Part shown: piece by piece, positions 35,295-45,533 of the stretch
How positions within the stretch are numbered: position 1 is the stretch's first letter
How the letters are laid out: each line of letters begins with the position of its first letter
Source of the DNA: an uncultured bacterium
GTDB taxonomy: Bacteria; Muiribacteriota; Ozemobacteria; Ozemobacterales; Ozemobacteraceae
DNA: 64,000 bases
Assembly (NCBI GenBank): GCA_946407375.1
Contig: CAMJNS010000004.1
Coordinates: 3,480-67,479 of the forward strand
Direction: 5' to 3'
Notes under the pieces: model-generated
Databases searched by the model: none
What the model saw: only the letters and a program-made list of their open reading frames with translations
Told to the model about the DNA's origin: nothing
Position numbers and translations under genes: made by a program

Positions 35295-36713
35295 TTAACT
35301 CAATTTTTCTTCTTTAAGAAATTGTTCAACTATTTTAACAAAAGATGGACGAAGATTCAACGTTAAAGCTTTTTTAAAATATTCCGCTGCTTGCTTTTTT
35401 GATTTTGATTTAGAAAGAAGTCCTAATTGAAAATAAGCATCAGCATAATTAGGATTTAACTCTATTGCTTTTTTCAATAATTCTTTTGCTTTTGTAGATT
35501 TTTTTACTTGAACTAAAGTAAGTGCTGTCCAGTAATAAGCATCGGGATAATTACTATTAATACGCATTGCTTCTTCAAAATGTCTCAAAGCATCAACCCA
35601 GAGGCAATCTTCAAAATATTTAATTCCGATATTAATTCTACTTGAAGCTATATCTAGTTCAACTACTGCAACTTTTTTTAATTCTGCAATTGCTTCTTCT
35701 ACGAAACCTTGTTCTCTAAGATTTTCATAGTTTTTATATTCAGAAGTGTTTTCCTTTTTTGCTTTCTTTACTAATTCAACATAGCATTCTATTGCATCAT
35801 CGAAATTGTGGTTGATTTCATAAATAGATGCTAAATAAAACCATGCCGCCAAAAGATTTGGGTTCTTTTTCAAAATACTTCTAAATACACTTTTAGCTTC
35901 AGAATAGAAACCTCTAAAAAATAGATTTTTGCCTAGATTTAAACCAATATCAAGATAATCAGGGTGTTTATGATACTCTTCTCTTATTTCCTCAATATTT
36001 TTCTCTAAGATTTCCATTCGTTTTGCAAGATGTTCAAGGTTCTTTCTTGGGGTTTTCCATTGAGGAACAAGCTTAGCTGCTTTTCTAAAAAGATTCTCTG
36101 CATCATCTAAATTGTTGGTTTGCATACGAAGAACACCTAAATTGTTTAACATTCTAGGGTCATCGCGCATTCCTCGCATAGCCGTTCTGTACGCTTCTTC
36201 TGCGTCAGTATACATACCTTTGGCCATATAAATATTACCTAAATTATTAAGCAATTCGCTGTCTTCTGGATAAATAACTCTAGCTCGCTTTAAGACCTGT
36301 TCGGCATCATCAAGCATACCAAGTCTTCTATAGGTATTTCCTAAAAGCATTAACAAAGGTCTAGAATCTGGAATAATAGATTCTGCAACTTTTAACTCTT
36401 TGAGAGCTTCATTAAATTTTCCAATTTTTAAAAGACGTTGAACTTTGGGACCTAAATGTGAGGAATTTTCAATATTCAATTCTTCAGAAAGCTCTTGAAT
36501 TTCTTTATCAAAATTCTCCTCAATGAAATTGCTGATTTGTCCAGCAACTTCATCATTCTTTTTTGTTGCAGCTTCAATAATATAATCAATATTAGGATAA
36601 TCTGGTTCGATTTTCTTAACTTGATAAAATTCGTTAAGTGCTGATGAGTAGAAACCTGCTCTGAAATAGTTTATACCACGGTCAAAAATTTCTTCTGATT
36701 CTTTAGAGTTCAT
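35295..36713 (-). CDS. tetratricopeptide (TPR) repeat protein
   Basis: 472 aa; repeated 34-aa A/Y/L-pattern units (e.g. LGNIYMAKGMYTDAEEAYRTAM). Confidence 0.8.
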   Translation of the reverse strand: MNSKESEEIFDRGINYFRAGFYSSALNEFYQVKKIEPDYPNIDYIIEAATKKNDEVAGQISNFIEENFDKEIQELSEELNIENSSHLGPKVQRLLKIGKFNEALKELKVAESIIPDSRPLLMLLGNTYRRLGMLDDAEQVLKRARVIYPEDSELLNNLGNIYMAKGMYTDAEEAYRTAMRGMRDDPRMLNNLGVLRMQTNNLDDAENLFRKAAKLVPQWKTPRKNLEHLAKRMEILEKNIEEIREEYHKHPDYLDIGLNLGKNLFFRGFYSEAKSVFRSILKKNPNLLAAWFYLASIYEINHNFDDAIECYVELVKKAKKENTSEYKNYENLREQGFVEEAIAELKKVAVVELDIASSRINIGIKYFEDCLWVDALRHFEEAMRINSNYPDAYYWTALTLVQVKKSTKAKELLKKAIELNPNYADAYFQLGLLSKSKSKKQAAEYFKKALTLNLRPSFVKIVEQFLKEEKLS

Positions 36714-36814
36714 ATTTATAGGTATTGCCTTGTTTTTATGTTAGTGATACAATAACTGTACTCTATTAACAGTTTACTTGTCAATGGGGAAAATGTACCC
36801 CTAGGAGGGTTCTC

Positions 36815-38281
36815 ATGGATTCCACAGTCGGAATCAAAATGAAATTCTGTGAATCACTTGATCGCTTCGTTTCAATCAGGGCTTTTACGCCTGAACAAAA
36901 ACAGCAGCTTTTTAAGAACGTAAAAATCACTGATAAAAAATCTTATAAGCGGCTAATAATAAATGCCTCAGTAGTCAATTATCTTGACGAAATTGCACCT
37001 TTGGTATTTGGAAACAACGAATATCCGCTTCTTGGCGAAATAATCGAACAAGAACTTTATAATCTCTGCGTAAAGGTTAATCCTTCGTTAGACATAAAAG
37101 AAGTTACTATTCAAATTGATGAACAAGAAGCCGCTGGTTCTTCTATTCCTGTTTTAAGTGCTGAAAGTGCAAAAAATTCAGGTCAAGATCGCTTCCTTGG
37201 TATAGAAGAACATTTGCGCAAACGCATTGTGGGACAAGATGAAGCTGTTTCTGCTGTAGCTCAAGCTATTCGTAAAGCTAAAGTAGGTTTAAAAAATCCC
37301 AAAAGACCTGTCGGAAGTTTTATTTTTGTTGGTCAAACAGGTGTTGGGAAAACAGAACTTGCTAAAGCTTTGTGCGAATTTATGACAGGCAGCGAAAATG
37401 ATATAGTTCGTATTGACTGTTCAGAATACGCAATGAGTCACGAATATGCTAAGCTTATTGGTGCGCCCCCAGGCTATATTGGCCATAGTGAAGGTGGTTA
37501 TCTTACCGAAGCTGTTAAAAACAAACCTAACGGTGTAGTTGTTTTTGACGAAATCGAAAAAGCTCATGAAAAAGTCCATAATCTTTTGCTTCAACTTCTT
37601 GACGAAGGTATTCTAACCGACAGCAAAGGTGAAACAGTAAGTTTTAGAGAAACCATTATTATTTTAACGACTAATATTGGTGTTTCTGATATTACTACAG
37701 AAGAAACCAAACCTGGTTTCAGAGTAGTAGATACTACCGCAGGAAAAACCACTGAAAAACTTGATGACCTTTCTCATGAAAAGAAAGTCAAAATTACTCG
37801 TAAAAGTCTTGAAAAAAGCTTTCCACCAGAATTTCTTAACAGAATTGATGATGTAATCGTTTTCAGACAGCTCGACAAAAATGATAATTTGCAAATTTTA
37901 AGCATATTACTCAAAGAAGTCTCTTCAAGAATAGAAGCTTTAAATATGCATCTTGATTTTGCAGATGAGTTAAAGAACTGGCTTGTAGACAAAGGCACAG
38001 ACTTAAAATATGGTGCAAGACCATTAAGAAGAACTATTCAAAGATATATTGAAAATCCTCTTGCAGAACAGATTCTTAAAGGTGATTTCAATAAAGGTGA
38101 CGACATTCTTGCTGAAGTAGGCAAAGATGAAGACGGTGATGAATGCACTGTTTTCAGAATAGTAGGCAAAATAGAAATCAAAGAAGCTAAGGTTGAAGAA
38201 CCACTTCAACTAGAAGCTCCTAAAAAACCTGCTAAAAAAACGAAAAAGAAAGAACCAACTAATCCTACAGAAATGGAATAA
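36815..38281 (+). CDS. Clp/Hsp100-family AAA+ ATPase with only the D2 module
   Basis: IVGQDEAVSAVAQAIRKAKVGL, FVGQTGVGKTELAKAL, VVVFDEIEKAH, YGARPLRRTIQ; the ~130-aa N-terminus is unrelated to ClpA/B N or D1. Confidence 0.8.
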   Translation: MDSTVGIKMKFCESLDRFVSIRAFTPEQKQQLFKNVKITDKKSYKRLIINASVVNYLDEIAPLVFGNNEYPLLGEIIEQELYNLCVKVNPSLDIKEVTIQIDEQEAAGSSIPVLSAESAKNSGQDRFLGIEEHLRKRIVGQDEAVSAVAQAIRKAKVGLKNPKRPVGSFIFVGQTGVGKTELAKALCEFMTGSENDIVRIDCSEYAMSHEYAKLIGAPPGYIGHSEGGYLTEAVKNKPNGVVVFDEIEKAHEKVHNLLLQLLDEGILTDSKGETVSFRETIIILTTNIGVSDITTEETKPGFRVVDTTAGKTTEKLDDLSHEKKVKITRKSLEKSFPPEFLNRIDDVIVFRQLDKNDNLQILSILLKEVSSRIEALNMHLDFADELKNWLVDKGTDLKYGARPLRRTIQRYIENPLAEQILKGDFNKGDDILAEVGKDEDGDECTVFRIVGKIEIKEAKVEEPLQLEAPKKPAKKTKKKEPTNPTEME

Positions 38282-38366
38282 GTAAAGTTCTTTTTCAAAG
38301 TATCGGCTCAAAAGTTCGGCCCTAAAAGTTCTTTAAGTTTGGCTCAAAAAGGACGGCTCAACAAAA

Positions 38367-38396
38367 ATGCGATGCTTTCTTAGCATCGCATTTTTT
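38367..38396 (+). terminator. rho-independent terminator
   Basis: ATGCGATGCT-TTCTT-AGCATCGCAT followed by a T-run. Confidence 0.75.
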
Positions 38397-38425
38397 GTAT
38401 AATAACAGCTTAAGGGAAATAACTA

Positions 38426-38860
38426 ATGGATAGAGTAGAAAAGGCTAAGGAACTCTTTTTAAAAGGATTTAATTGTAGTCAAGCAGTATTTGTTGCCTTT
38501 GCAGATAAATATAACATTCCAGAAGAAACAGCACTTAAACTTTCCGGAGCATTTGGTGCTGGTTTCGGAGGAACAAGAGAAGTTTGCGGTGCTGTTAGCG
38601 GTATGACTTTGGTTTGCGGGCTAGAATGTGGAGCCACAACAGGAGACCAAAGCGCAAAAAAGGCATGCTACCTAAAAGAACAGGAATTAATAGAAAAGTT
38701 TAAAAAGTTACATGGCACGATTATTTGCAAAGAACGTTTAAAAATAGGTAACACAAAAGAGTTTCCTATGGCTTCAGAAAGAACCATAGAATACTATAAA
38801 ACAAGACCTTGCTTAAAAGTAATAATGGATGCTGCTCAAATCATTGAAGAAACTTTTTAA
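38426..38860 (+). CDS. C_GCAxxG_C_C family protein
   Basis: 144 aa; GFNCSQAVFVAF and EVCGAVSGM motifs. Confidence 0.8.
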   Translation: MDRVEKAKELFLKGFNCSQAVFVAFADKYNIPEETALKLSGAFGAGFGGTREVCGAVSGMTLVCGLECGATTGDQSAKKACYLKEQELIEKFKKLHGTIICKERLKIGNTKEFPMASERTIEYYKTRPCLKVIMDAAQIIEETF

Positions 38861-38868
38861 TAAAAAAA

Positions 38869-38898
38869 GAAGCTCTTAACTAAGAGTTTCTTTTTTTT
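38869..38898. terminator. bidirectional terminator between convergent genes
   Basis: GAAGCTCTTA-AC-TAAGAGTTTC flanked by an A-run and a T-run. Confidence 0.65.
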
Positions 38899-38910
38899 GT
38901 TTAATTATTA

Positions 38911-39798
38911 TTAGTATCTAACTCTGCCATTAGCAACTGCTTTTAGGTGCAATCCATAAGGACTTTTCCCATATCGTTCAGAAGATTCAATAAGTTTTGT
39001 TTTGCTTATCCAATGATTTACATAAGCTATTTCTTCTGGAGCAGATATTTTTATGCCCTGTCTTTTTTCAATCATTCTAACATAATCTGCAGCTTCAACT
39101 AAGCTTTCAACAGTTCCAGTATCAAGCCAAGCAAAGCCACGACCCAATAATTGAACATCTAATTTTTCAGCTTTTAAATACATTTCATTTAAAGTTGTTA
39201 TTTCTAGTTCCCCTCTAGCACTGGGTTTTACTAATTTCGCAACTTGGCTAACACCTTCTGGATAAAAATATAATCCAGTAACAGCGTAGTTACTTTTTGG
39301 TTCTTGAGGTTTTTCTTCTATAGAAAGAACTTTACCACTTTCATCAAATTCAACAACCCCAAAACGTTCCGGATCGGTAACATAATATCCAAAGACTGTT
39401 GCTCGACCACGTTTTTCAGCATTTCTTACTGCTTCAACCAGTAACTTCTTAAAACCGTTTCCATAAAAAATATTATCACCCAAAATCATAGCACCTGCTT
39501 CACCAGAAAGAAATTCTTCGCCTAAAATAAAAGCTTGTGCTAGTCCATCAGGAGAAGGTTGAACTTTATAACTAAGTTTTATTCCAAATTGATTTCCACT
39601 ACCTAAAAGATTTTCAAATCTAGGAGTATCTTCAGGTGTTGAAATAATCAGTATATCTTTTATTCCCGCAAGCATTAATGTAGACAATGGATAATAAATC
39701 ATTGGTTTATCGTAAACCGGTAAAAGTTGTTTTGATGTTACCATCGTTAACGGATAAAGTCTTGTTCCTGCGCCCCCAGCCAATATAATGCCCTTCAT
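38911..39798 (-). CDS. rfbA: glucose-1-phosphate thymidylyltransferase
   Basis: 295 aa; [18 protein letters not shown]..; full-length RmlA-like. Confidence 0.93.
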   Translation of the reverse strand: MKGIILAGGAGTRLYPLTMVTSKQLLPVYDKPMIYYPLSTLMLAGIKDILIISTPEDTPRFENLLGSGNQFGIKLSYKVQPSPDGLAQAFILGEEFLSGEAGAMILGDNIFYGNGFKKLLVEAVRNAEKRGRATVFGYYVTDPERFGVVEFDESGKVLSIEEKPQEPKSNYAVTGLYFYPEGVSQVAKLVKPSARGELEITTLNEMYLKAEKLDVQLLGRGFAWLDTGTVESLVEAADYVRMIEKRQGIKISAPEEIAYVNHWISKTKLIESSERYGKSPYGLHLKAVANGRVRY

Positions 39799-39992
39799 TT
39801 ATATTCCCCCATAATTTTATTTTGATAATTATTATTCTAATTATAGTTAAAATAAAATCAAGCAATTTAGTTTTACAAATACCTATCTCTTGTCAACAAA
39901 AGTAAAAAACAACAATCGTTACTTAAAAGAATGGTTAAAATTCTTATGATTAGTTTAGTAAATGTCGATATTTAAGATAGAGCTAGCTAACT

Positions 39993-40673
39993 ATGAAAAA
40001 CGATTTATCAAAAAAGAACCATCAATCTTGTTCCGGATGGCATTGTAGCCACTGTGGAGCATTTAATAAATTAGTAGCCGCAAAGTTTTGCGGTAATTGT
40101 GGTTCTCCAAATGAAGCGAAGCAAGAAGAACAGCCTGTTTTAAAAGCTGTAAGCAAGAAAAAAAGCTTCAAAATTCGTTTACGTAAAGGATATAAGAAAT
40201 TATTAAAGTATATAAAATACTTATTATTACCCTCTAACGATAGATTCTTTAAAAGAGTTGTTGCCTCCGCTTTTTTATTGCTTGTTTTATCCGTAATTGT
40301 AGGTTACAGAATGTATACAAACATTAATACGATACATTTGGCTAAAGTAAAATTTTCTGATGTTTCTGTAGACCATCCTGTTTATGCTGTTTGTAAGAAT
40401 TTATTATGTATAGATGCTATTAGTTTCAGAAAAAATCTGGAATTGGCTCCCTATGAAAAAATATCTGCTACAGAATGGAATTATGCTTTGAATCAAGCCT
40501 CTAAGCATCTAAACCGTAAGTATTCTTCCTCAGCATATTTCTCTAAAAATGACCCTATTTCTGTAGAAAGCATTAATAATAAATTAAGAGCTCTAAATTC
40601 AAATTCATCTGACATTATAGATACTAGTCGCATACAGAGTTTTTATATATTAGAACAAACATTATTTAATTAA
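39993..40673 (+). CDS. zinc-ribbon membrane protein, hypothetical
   Basis: CSHCGAFN..CGNCGSPN ribbon followed by one TM helix. Confidence 0.5.
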   Translation: MKNDLSKKNHQSCSGWHCSHCGAFNKLVAAKFCGNCGSPNEAKQEEQPVLKAVSKKKSFKIRLRKGYKKLLKYIKYLLLPSNDRFFKRVVASAFLLLVLSVIVGYRMYTNINTIHLAKVKFSDVSVDHPVYAVCKNLLCIDAISFRKNLELAPYEKISATEWNYALNQASKHLNRKYSSSAYFSKNDPISVESINNKLRALNSNSSDIIDTSRIQSFYILEQTLFN

Positions 40674-40685
40674 AGGAACAAACAA

Positions 40686-41414
40686 ATGAAACACAAGTAT
40701 ATATATATGTTTTATCTTATAATACTTTTTTCAGCTATATCATGGCGTGTTACCAAAGCTTATCCTAGTCTTTCAGAACTAAAAGAAGTAAATATAGCAG
40801 AGTCAGAAAACCAAACAATGGTAACAATAAATCTATCAAAATCAACCAAAGTTGTTCCCTATTTAAAAGGGACGGAAAACTGCATAGTTCTTGAATTTGA
40901 TAAAGCTATAATTTCAGAAGACTTAAAGAAAAAAGCTTTTGCCAGTCGTGATATAAAATTAGCATACTTAAGCATAGCTAACAATGAATCTAATAAAGAC
41001 AAAGATAAAAATACAAAAATAAAACAGAATAAAAAAGTTAAAGCAAAGATTTTCTACAAAGCCGATTGTTTGCCATCTGTAAAATACTCAAAAGATAAAG
41101 TAGCATTAAAACTTTCTGTAAAAGACAATTTAGCTAAAGCTTTACAGAAACCATCCAACACATTGTTACATCCTAACGAAGAAAAATATGCTCCTGTAGT
41201 TATAAGTTTGGAAGATGCTCCATTTAAACCTGTAGTGTCTGAAATAGCATCTCAAGCAGGCATGGATTTGAAATTCAAAGGGAATATGCCTGAAACTTTC
41301 TCTATAGAATTACAGTCTGAAGATCCATTTGAAGCAATTTGTGCAATTGCAGTTAAAACAAAAATGAAATTTTATAGAGATGGGAAAATCTGGTATCTAG
41401 AAGGAGAAGCTTAA
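40686..41414 (+). CDS. secreted hypothetical protein
   Basis: 242 aa; N-terminal signal/anchor; no recognisable motif. Confidence 0.45.
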   Translation: MKHKYIYMFYLIILFSAISWRVTKAYPSLSELKEVNIAESENQTMVTINLSKSTKVVPYLKGTENCIVLEFDKAIISEDLKKKAFASRDIKLAYLSIANNESNKDKDKNTKIKQNKKVKAKIFYKADCLPSVKYSKDKVALKLSVKDNLAKALQKPSNTLLHPNEEKYAPVVISLEDAPFKPVVSEIASQAGMDLKFKGNMPETFSIELQSEDPFEAICAIAVKTKMKFYRDGKIWYLEGEA

Positions 41415-41421
41415 ATAAGCA

Positions 41422-42216
41422 ATGAATAAGCTTTCATTGAAAAACCATATTTCAAAAATAATTGCTGTGGTTTTTCTATGCCTAAGTTTCTTCTCTTTAT
41501 CTGCTTTTACCTACCAAAAAGAATCTAAATATCTAACTAGATTAGAATTAGCCATTTTATTTGAAAAAATATTAGATGACAATTCAATTAAAGTTGAACA
41601 AAACGCTTCCTTATCTTTTTCAGACCTTTCAAAGAACCAGTTTAAGACTATTGAAAAAGTAATGAAAAGCAAATTGATGGAAGGCTATCCAGATAATACA
41701 TTCAGACCCAATCAAGCTTTGCATAATTTAGAAGTAATTTCTTATTTACAGAAACTTACAGAATATTTGAGAAACAACAAACCTAATACTTATCAAGCTA
41801 AACAATTATTTAGATTTCTTTCCTATAGCGAAGATCCAACTATTGCTTTTGAATATAGTCCTCAGAACTTTCCTAAAGGATTAGAACAACCTAATGGATA
41901 CACACCAAAATCATTTTCAAAAGATATTTTAAATCTCTTGACTTCTAGTCAAAATGAAGCCTCTAATTTCGTATTTTCAGGGAAAATTATAGACAGTATA
42001 AATAATAAACCAGTGGGTAATGCTTATGTTTCAGCGAACAATAAAGCTATTGCTGCTGAAACAGATGGAAAATTCAGTTTTGTATTATCTAATGATACAA
42101 AAACTGCTGATATTTTCGCTGCTGCCGATGGATACCAACCCATGGAAATACGTAAAGACCTTAAATTTAGCAGAAATATAATTATAAGACTTAAGCCAAT
42201 AGTTGAAAAAAATTAA
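41422..42216 (+). CDS. SLH-domain-like secreted protein with C-terminal carboxypeptidase-regulatory-like domain
   Basis: LTRLELAILFEKIL and MEGYPDNTFRPNQALHNLEV (SLH-like); C-terminal SGKIIDSINNKPVGNAYV...TDGKFSF. Confidence 0.5.
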   Translation: MNKLSLKNHISKIIAVVFLCLSFFSLSAFTYQKESKYLTRLELAILFEKILDDNSIKVEQNASLSFSDLSKNQFKTIEKVMKSKLMEGYPDNTFRPNQALHNLEVISYLQKLTEYLRNNKPNTYQAKQLFRFLSYSEDPTIAFEYSPQNFPKGLEQPNGYTPKSFSKDILNLLTSSQNEASNFVFSGKIIDSINNKPVGNAYVSANNKAIAAETDGKFSFVLSNDTKTADIFAAADGYQPMEIRKDLKFSRNIIIRLKPIVEKN

Positions 42217-42941
42217 CTATTCCTCTTCTTTGCAATAGCTGCAACAGCTCCTAATACCAACAAACCAAGCACTTTCGAAACAATTTTCCAAAGAGCACCA
42301 CCATGAATATATGCATTTACAGTAGTTGGATTATAGTCTTTGGCTTTAAAAGAACTTACAAAATCTTTATAAGGTTTTAATGAATCTATATCTGTATTTT
42401 TAGCATAGGTAAATTCAATAACATAAGTATAATTTAACTTAACAACAACAAAACGCCTAATAAATATAGTTCCTATTAAAAATTCGATAGTATGTGCTTT
42501 TGAATTACCTATATTCTTATAAGAAGTTGATTTTATTCCAGAATCAGAAAAAATCTCCTTCACCATTTCTTCGCGTTGTTTTTTAGAAGAATTAGGTAAC
42601 CTATTTTCTAAAGATTCAATTACACCAGCTTTAAAATCGTTATAGTAATCTTTATATGCTTTTTTTTCTATTGATGATTTAAAAGTATTTAGTTCTTCTT
42701 GAGTATATTCAACAACAGTGGGTTTTTCATTTTTTTCTATTTTTACCCCCACATTAGGAACAATAAAATTTTCATTATCCTTTTCAAAATCTTCAATTTC
42801 AAAAAGAACAACTTCATCTGTTTTTTTAGTAATTTTCCAACCATTTTCTTTTACAGAAAAATGTTTATTGTCAAACGCATAAAGATTTGAATTAATTATG
42901 AAAACAAAAAGAATCAATAATAGGGGGAAAAATCTTTTCAT
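42213..42941 (-). CDS. secreted/anchored hypothetical protein
   Basis: 242 aa; signal peptide plus C-terminal TM helix. Confidence 0.45.
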   Translation of the reverse strand: MKRFFPLLLILFVFIINSNLYAFDNKHFSVKENGWKITKKTDEVVLFEIEDFEKDNENFIVPNVGVKIEKNEKPTVVEYTQEELNTFKSSIEKKAYKDYYNDFKAGVIESLENRLPNSSKKQREEMVKEIFSDSGIKSTSYKNIGNSKAHTIEFLIGTIFIRRFVVVKLNYTYVIEFTYAKNTDIDSLKPYKDFVSSFKAKDYNPTTVNAYIHGGALWKIVSKVLGLLVLGAVAAIAKKRNS

Positions 42942-42990
42942 CTATATATTCTCCAATATATTTTTTTTAATATATATTAAATTTTAGACA

Positions 42991-43024
42991 AAAAAAAGCC
43001 CTTTAACAATAAAGGGCTTTTTTG
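42991..43024 (-). terminator. rho-independent terminator after rplI
   Basis: GCCCTTTA-ACAA-TAAAGGGC flanked by A/T runs. Confidence 0.7.
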
Positions 43025-43045
43025 TTAATTTTACTACAAAAGAGA

Positions 43046-43504
43046 TTAGTCGACTTTAACTTCTTCTGCAACAACAACAACTTTAAGGTGAGCTTTTACA
43101 TCGCCAGTGAAGCGAATAGTAACTGCATGTTCACCAGTTTCTTTGATGTGGTCAGCAACGATAAGCTTTTTGTCAACATCAACTTTAGCAAGTTTGCTAA
43201 TTTCATCTGCAAGTTCTGCACTTGTAACAGAACCAAACAAGCGACCTTTGTCACCTGCTCTTTTAGTGATTGTAACAGTAAGACCTTCAATCTTAGCAGC
43301 CATATCACTATACATAGCTTTTTCACGAGCAGCTTGTTTTTCCCAAGATGTTTTCATTAATTGGAGATGCTTTTTAGCACCTTCAGTTGCTAATATAGCA
43401 AGATTTCTTGGGAATAGATAATTTCTAGCAAATCCTTCTGTAACGTTCTTTAATTCACCTTTTCTACCGACTCGGGGAACGGTATTTATCATTAATACTT
43501 CCAT
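43046..43504 (-). CDS. rplI: 50S ribosomal protein L9
   Basis: MEVLMINTVPRVGRKGELKNVTEGFARNYLFPRNLA; ATG at 43504 has an AGGAG RBS (the ORF-track start at 43528 is less likely). Confidence 0.92.
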   Translation of the reverse strand: MEVLMINTVPRVGRKGELKNVTEGFARNYLFPRNLAILATEGAKKHLQLMKTSWEKQAAREKAMYSDMAAKIEGLTVTITKRAGDKGRLFGSVTSAELADEISKLAKVDVDKKLIVADHIKETGEHAVTIRFTGDVKAHLKVVVVAEEVKVD

Positions 43505-43524
43505 TTTTTTCTCCTGAGTAATTG

Positions 43525-44352
43525 TCAATAATCAAAAAAATCATCGTCATCAGAATTGTCTGAGACTTCTGGCGTTGTCTTTTTCAATCTAAATTCAGCC
43601 CAAACATCTATTAGTCCAAGCCAAACTGTAAACTGAGAAAAAATCAACGCAATAACCGATAAACCAAATCTAGTTAATGGATCAATCTTATATTTGTCAT
43701 ACATGAAGAACAACAAAGAAAAGCCTATTATTAGATACAATATGTTGCTTATAATAAAACAATTGGCCCCAAAAATCTGTATAATTTTAGCTCCTGGAAT
43801 GTCTTTCATACTTCCGATAAGGAAATACATTGCCCAGCCCAAAATATAAAGCCATACCAAATTCCAATCGAATACCCAATCCTTAAATGCAGGAAAAGGC
43901 TCTATTTTGAAACCAACTAGTGACCCTATATGGACAGCTAGTGCGTATAACACACCAAGAGAGACCAAATGCCATAAAAACATCATCGTATTAGGAACTA
44001 GAAACAAAAATCTATCAGCCATTTCATTGTAATTACCATTGAAACTTTCTTTCAGAATCTGCATTGATTTCGAATAGTTCGCATGCATAATCCGATAAGC
44101 CTGACCATTTTTGCCTTCTTGTTCTTTTAGCTGCTGTTCTGCTATGACTAATTGCCTAGAAAACCATTCTTTAAAATACTTAGCACCATCTAAGACAGCC
44201 CAACAACCACTAGAAAAGGCTGTTGAAGTTAAAAGAGCTAAGCATACTGCATTAAGTGGTGCCAACTTAAGTCTAACAGCAATAAACAAAAATACTACAG
44301 GCATTATTATTAATGCTATAAGTATAAATAATGCAAAAAGACCTGTTGACAT
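43525..44352 (-). CDS. DUF2232 (YybS-like) membrane protein
   Basis: 275 aa polytopic; sits between rpsR and rplI as yybS does in Bacillus. Confidence 0.5.
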   Translation of the reverse strand: MSTGLFALFILIALIIMPVVFLFIAVRLKLAPLNAVCLALLTSTAFSSGCWAVLDGAKYFKEWFSRQLVIAEQQLKEQEGKNGQAYRIMHANYSKSMQILKESFNGNYNEMADRFLFLVPNTMMFLWHLVSLGVLYALAVHIGSLVGFKIEPFPAFKDWVFDWNLVWLYILGWAMYFLIGSMKDIPGAKIIQIFGANCFIISNILYLIIGFSLLFFMYDKYKIDPLTRFGLSVIALIFSQFTVWLGLIDVWAEFRLKKTTPEVSDNSDDDDFFDY

Positions 44353-44370
44353 ATTAATGAGTTTTAAGAA

Positions 44371-44598
44371 TTAAACGTTAGCAAAAGGAAGAAGAGCCAT
44401 ATTGCGAGCACGCTTAATAGCTGTGGTTAAATGCTTCTGATGAGCAGTGCAAGTACCAGTTGATCTGCGGCTAGTGATCTTGCCACGATCGTTGATGTAT
44501 CTTTTTAAGCGAGCAACGTCTTTATAATCGATAAATGTAACTTTGTCTTTACAGAAATGACATACTTTTCTGTGTCTATGTCTTTTAAATTCGGTCAT
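44371..44598 (-). CDS. rpsR: 30S ribosomal protein S18
   Basis: 75 aa; ..[32 protein letters not shown]. Confidence 0.93.
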   Translation of the reverse strand: MTEFKRHRHRKVCHFCKDKVTFIDYKDVARLKRYINDRGKITSRRSTGTCTAHQKHLTTAIKRARNMALLPFANV

Positions 44599-44645
44599 TT
44601 TATTTCCTCCGATAAACCGTAAATAACATATAATTAATTGTCCAT

Positions 44646-45083
44646 TTAGAATGGAACAGCGTCATCATCATCTGTTGGTGCAAAATCTGCAGAGAATCCA
44701 ACTTCATCTCCACCAGCACTAGCTCCGTCATCTATAGTATCTCGACCAGAAGCGCCACTTAAGAATTGAACGTTATCTGCAACGATTTCTGTAACAGTAC
44801 GTTTTTGTCCATCTTGTGTTTCATAGGTGCGGTTTTGCAATCTTCCTTCAACAAGAACTGGTCTACCTTTTGAAAGGTATTTTGCACAATTTTCACCTAT
44901 TCTACCCCAAACTATAATGTTAAAATAACTGGTTTCTTTTTTGAAGTCACCGTCATTTCCTTTATAGGTTCGGTTAACAGCTATGCTGAAATTTGCAACG
45001 GAAGTGCCTTGCGCAGTATGTCGCAATTCTGGATCTCTAGTGAGATTGCCTAGTAAAAATACTTTATTAAGATTACCAGCCAT
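44646..45083 (-). CDS. ssb: single-stranded DNA-binding protein
   Basis: [19 protein letters not shown]-fold start; acidic tail DDDDAVPF. Confidence 0.93.
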   Translation of the reverse strand: MAGNLNKVFLLGNLTRDPELRHTAQGTSVANFSIAVNRTYKGNDGDFKKETSYFNIIVWGRIGENCAKYLSKGRPVLVEGRLQNRTYETQDGQKRTVTEIVADNVQFLSGASGRDTIDDGASAGGDEVGFSADFAPTDDDDAVPF

Positions 45084-45097
45084 AACAGATATTACTT

Positions 45098-45385
45098 TTA
45101 CTGACCGCGAACGGTAGTCATGAATCGAAGAATAGTCTGATTAATCAGATATGTTCTTTCTAGTTCTTTTAAAGCTTCGCCAGTAGCCTGGAAATTAATA
45201 AGAACATAATTTCCTTCAGTATGCTTTTCTACTGGATAAGCCAGAGGACGGCGACCCCATTTGTCGATTTTTTCGACTTGACCGCCATTTTTGGTAATAG
45301 CATTTTCTACTTTACCAATTAAGGCATCGAGAGCTTCGTTTTCGATACCGGGTTCGGTAAAAAACAATGTTTCGTAAGGTTTCAC
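45098..45385 (-). CDS. rpsF: 30S ribosomal protein S6
   Basis: 95 aa; GTG start with GGGAGG RBS; first gene of the rpsF-ssb-rpsR order. Confidence 0.9.
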   Translation of the reverse strand: MKPYETLFFTEPGIENEALDALIGKVENAITKNGGQVEKIDKWGRRPLAYPVEKHTEGNYVLINFQATGEALKELERTYLINQTILRFMTTVRGQ

Positions 45386-45533
45386 TAATAAAAACCTCCC
45401 TTCGGATAAATTTAGCCCTTGCTATTTTTCACGAGCAAGAGCAGGGATGTACCCTTTAATATACCATAGACCAAACATTAAATCAACAAATAAATTAATT
45501 AGCTACAGTATTTCTTGAATTTATCATTATTTA

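Noticed and set aside
38300-38366. Four loosely repeated GGCTCAA / GGCCCTAA motifs between the clp-like stop and its terminator
   Set aside because: The motifs are short, degenerate and irregularly spaced, and are not distinguishable from chance in a 70-nt tract.
45386-45460. Possible S6:S18-binding leader structure upstream of rpsF
   Set aside because: A hairpin (CTTGCT..AGCAAG) and a small stem touching the GGGAGG RBS are visible. I cannot verify the conserved internal-loop motif by eye, and a covariance-model search (Rfam) would be needed.
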